From: Thermoproteota archaeon | GTDB lineage: Archaea; Korarchaeota; Korarchaeia; Korarchaeales; Korarchaeaceae | Reading direction: 5' to 3' | NCBI GenBank assembly: GCA_027491415.1 | Contig: JAOZFH010000063.1 | Coordinates: forward strand, 1 to 64,000 | DNA: 64,000 nt | In this document: one piece after another, positions 61,174 to 64,000 of the stretch | How the letters are laid out: the number at the start of each line of letters is the position of its first letter | How positions within the stretch are numbered: the first letter of the stretch is position 1 | Translations under genes and position numbers: made by a program | Notes under the pieces: generated by a model | What the model was told of the DNA's origin: nothing | Seen by the model: the letters and a program-made list of their open reading frames with translations, nothing else | Database searches by the model: none

Positions 61174-62218
61174 ACAAAACCTCCCCCTCCAACCCCTCGA
61201 GCAAAGATGCTAACAGATGATAGGAAGATAGTATTGACCTTGTGTTTATCCCGTTAATGTGGATTTCATTACCCTTATAGAGCATCAAACTGTAGGAATC
61301 CCCAGTTTGATAGTCATATACCTCCAAGATGGCGTAGGGATTGCTGATCACTATGGGTGACACTCCCCATCTCGGTAGGTTCTTTCTGACGAATTGGATG
61401 AAATTTTCTATTCCTTCACGATCTTCGAAAACGTTTTTATCTAGTTTGACTACTACTCTGCTGATCCTCCTTGGGCGTGGTTTAGCGATGATGTAAAGGT
61501 AAATTGAATTTAGGACGTATGACCTTAATATTTCCCAGCCGTCAGACCTAATTATAGAGATTATCCCATCTCTACCAATGCTGTATTTTATCCCTCCATG
61601 TGGTGTCTGCAAAGTACAGGTTGCCCTATGCATCCATAGCTTAGCCAAACGAAGCTTTTCTCGAGCTTCATCTAACGTCAAACCCTTTCCAAGAAAGGAG
61701 GACCCTCCTTTAAGATAGGATATCGATGTCTCCGGTTTTTTGCCGAAATATCTCATTCCAACAATCCTGACGACCCTCAGTTCCTCCGACATTTTTTTCA
61801 TTTTTTCTAAAATATTCCATAGATCCCTTTCTCTAAATCTTAAAATCTGAAATGTGGGATATAGTTTTTTCAATATGGAAATAAATTTTTGGAAAGACGC
61901 ACTACCACCAACACCAAAAGCTATCACGGGTTGAAACTTTTCTGAAGGTACTAGGAGATAATAGTTTTCTCCAGACTCCCTTCCCCCTTCCGTCTTGAGT
62001 TTAAAAGGCGTTACCCTGTAGATGACATAACCCTCTTTTTCTTTAATTTCTTGGAAATATTTCCTAATTCCTGCCACGTTATTCACTAGAAAGCTGACCT
62101 TAGGGCTAGCCCATCCCAATAATATCTTTAGCTTTCTGATAGACCCCTCCCCTATTTTTAGCTGATCTTGTATTATTTTATTATAAAGTTCCATGTTTAC
62201 TGTGCTTGACCCTTCCAT
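61157..62218 (-). CDS. AT-rich hypothetical protein
   Basis: 353-aa ORF in AT-rich DNA overlapping the next gene; no motif recognised. Confidence 0.75.
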   Translation of the reverse strand: MEGSSTVNMELYNKIIQDQLKIGEGSIRKLKILLGWASPKVSFLVNNVAGIRKYFQEIKEKEGYVIYRVTPFKLKTEGGRESGENYYLLVPSEKFQPVIAFGVGGSASFQKFISILKKLYPTFQILRFRERDLWNILEKMKKMSEELRVVRIVGMRYFGKKPETSISYLKGGSSFLGKGLTLDEAREKLRLAKLWMHRATCTLQTPHGGIKYSIGRDGIISIIRSDGWEILRSYVLNSIYLYIIAKPRPRRISRVVVKLDKNVFEDREGIENFIQFVRKNLPRWGVSPIVISNPYAILEVYDYQTGDSYSLMLYKGNEIHINGINTRSILSSYHLLASLLEGLEGEVLYGQPG

Positions 62219-62480
62219 CGTCTCAATGGAGAGAGATTAGAACATAAACTTTGCATATAAGCAATGAGCCCTGTCTCCCGTCGTGAAACCAGACTTTCGC
62301 GAAATCACGAGGGGAAGGAGGGAAGCCCTCCGACGTTGTCCTTCGCCCAAGCGGCAAGTTTTCTTCCCTAAGGCTCGCCTCCAGTCCTGAAGAGACCTGT
62401 AGTCGGGCGGCCCTGCCCCCGCTGCCTGGGGCGTGGCGGCCGTGGAAAAGGATTAAACGGTCGGTGTCGCCGCGAGGCGC

Positions 62481-63023
62481 GTGAGCCGCGCGAGGCCCTC
62501 CAGGGCCCTTGTGGTGGGGAGGTTCCAGCCCTTCCACTTCGGGCACCTGCACGCGATAAGGTACGCAATGAAGCACGCCGAGGAGATAGTAATCGGGCTC
62601 GGCTCCTCCCAGATAGCCTTCACCCTCAGGAATCCCCTGACGGTGGACGAGCGGTACGAGATGATCGTCAGGGCCCTGAGGGCCGAGGGGCTCCCCCTCG
62701 GCAAGTTCTACTTCTCCCCCATCCCGGACACGGAGTCGCCCGAGGAAGATTGGGGCCGGATAGTGCTGGACAGGGTGCCGAGGGTGGACGTGGCCTTCTC
62801 AAACGACAGGGAGACCCAGGAGGACCTCTCGAGGGTGGGGATCGAGGTCAGGCCCATCCCCTTCTACAGGAGGGACCTCTTCCAGGCCACCCACATCAGG
62901 GAGATGGCCGCCAAGGGGGACCGTCTCTGGAGGCAGCTCGTGCCCAGGCCGGTCGCCCAGTTCCTCGACGAGGTGGGGTTCGAGGCCCGCATGCGCTCTA
63001 TAGCCGGGAACAGGCCCGGGTGA
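62481..63023 (+). CDS. nadM: nicotinamide-nucleotide adenylyltransferase
   Basis: GRFQPFHFGH, GSSQ, NPLT..ER, AT.IR. Confidence 0.92.
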   Translation: MSRARPSRALVVGRFQPFHFGHLHAIRYAMKHAEEIVIGLGSSQIAFTLRNPLTVDERYEMIVRALRAEGLPLGKFYFSPIPDTESPEEDWGRIVLDRVPRVDVAFSNDRETQEDLSRVGIEVRPIPFYRRDLFQATHIREMAAKGDRLWRQLVPRPVAQFLDEVGFEARMRSIAGNRPG

Positions 63024-63041
63024 TGTGGGGCGGGCAGAGGA

Positions 63042-64000
63042 TCACTCCTCGCTCGGCAGGACGCCCAGCCTGTCCCTCCTGGCCGCCTCGAGTATCCTCC
63101 TCCCGGCCGGGCTGTTCCTGGCCAGGGTTATCCTCCCCCTGGAGTCGGTGGTGAGCCTGACGAACTCCCTGCCGTCCACCGTTATGATGACCTCCTGGTC
63201 AGCCCTCTCCGGGCCCAGGTCGAGCACCACGGTGTGCTTCCTCCTGATGAGCCTGTACCTGAGGCCCTCCTCCGCCCTCTCGCGCCTGGCCCTGGCCCTC
63301 GCGGCGGCGCCGGGCCTCAGGGGCATCACCACGACCTCGTCGCCGAAGGTGTAGATCTCGTACTCCGGCACGCCCGTCTCGAAGTCGCTGACCAGCACGA
63401 CGGGCCTGGCGAGGGAGGTGTCCTGCATGCCCGTCGGGAGCTTCACGGTTATCCTCAGGCTGTAGACCTTCACGACCCTGCCGTCCCTGATGAAGATCAC
63501 CGTGTCGACCACGTGCGGTAGCAGGCCCAGGTCCACCCGGCGGATGAACCTCTGCACCGCCTCGATCGGCGCCCCGCAGTGGACCACGCCGACCATGCCT
63601 ATGCCCGCGAGCCTCATGTCCGTGAAAACGTTGAAGTCGTCGGTCTTCCTCATCTCGTCGAAGATGACGTAGTCCGGCCGGACCAGGAGGAGCAGGTCGG
63701 CCGTGCCCTCGAAGCTCGGGCCGAGCTTGCCGTACTGAGTGATCTCGGGGCCGACCATGAGGTCCCTGGGCGACTCCAGGGTCTTCACTATCTTCCCCAG
63801 CGACCTGTAGAACTCCGCCAGGGCGCTGGCGAACGTCGTCTTCCCGGCCCCCGGGGGGCCAGCTATCACCACGCCCTCTGCCCTCTCCGCGAGCCTCTCC
63901 TTGAGCCTCTCGCTCAGCTCGTAGTCGTCCAGCGTGACCCTCACCACCGGCCTGACGGCCGTGATCTCGATCCCGTCGGAGAACGGGGGAAGGGCCACCA
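63042..64000 (-). CDS. PIN/PilT-like ATPase (PINA family), 5' end outside the window
   Basis: EITAVRPV, GPPGAGKTT, ESPRDL, RPDYVIFDEMR, GMVGVVH. Confidence 0.92.
   Translation of the reverse strand, partial: VALPPFSDGIEITAVRPVVRVTLDDYELSERLKERLAERAEGVVIAGPPGAGKTTFASALAEFYRSLGKIVKTLESPRDLMVGPEITQYGKLGPSFEGTADLLLLVRPDYVIFDEMRKTDDFNVFTDMRLAGIGMVGVVHCGAPIEAVQRFIRRVDLGLLPHVVDTVIFIRDGRVVKVYSLRITVKLPTGMQDTSLARPVVLVSDFETGVPEYEIYTFGDEVVVMPLRPGAAARARARRERAEEGLRYRLIRRKHTVVLDLGPERADQEVIITVDGREFVRLTTDSRGRITLARNSPAGRRILEAARRDRLGVLPSEE

Overview
High-GC window from a hyperthermophile-like TACK archaeon. Korarchaeia-like is my inference only. Core content: the 3' part of 23S rRNA, RNase P RNA, nine tRNAs (one with an intron) and housekeeping genes (cgi121, pfdB, GAN/RecJ-like, rps15, rdgB, bud32, pcm, truD, pth2, fen1, EF-1beta, hisS, aRF1, rpl40e, sucCD, nadM, PIN-ATPase). 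Accessory content includes about 11 intact or decayed VapBC and HEPN-MNT modules. Main observations: (1) pcm is split by a 23-nt insertion folding into a bulge-helix-bulge motif, and canonical cleavage restores the frame, so it is a candidate mRNA intron. (2) A secreted 954-aa PD-(D/E)xK polymorphic-toxin-like gene is followed by four paralogous candidate immunity genes and an orphan toxin tip. (3) A convergent ~13-kb island holds repeated 'AT-rich secreted glutamic-peptidase-like protein + membrane-anchored partner' modules and arrays of small membrane paralogues, with a shared 51-bp upstream element at both ends. (4) An AT-rich two-gene insert is a candidate defence system. All calls come from motif reading by eye; no database searches were run. 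Some frameshifts may be assembly errors.
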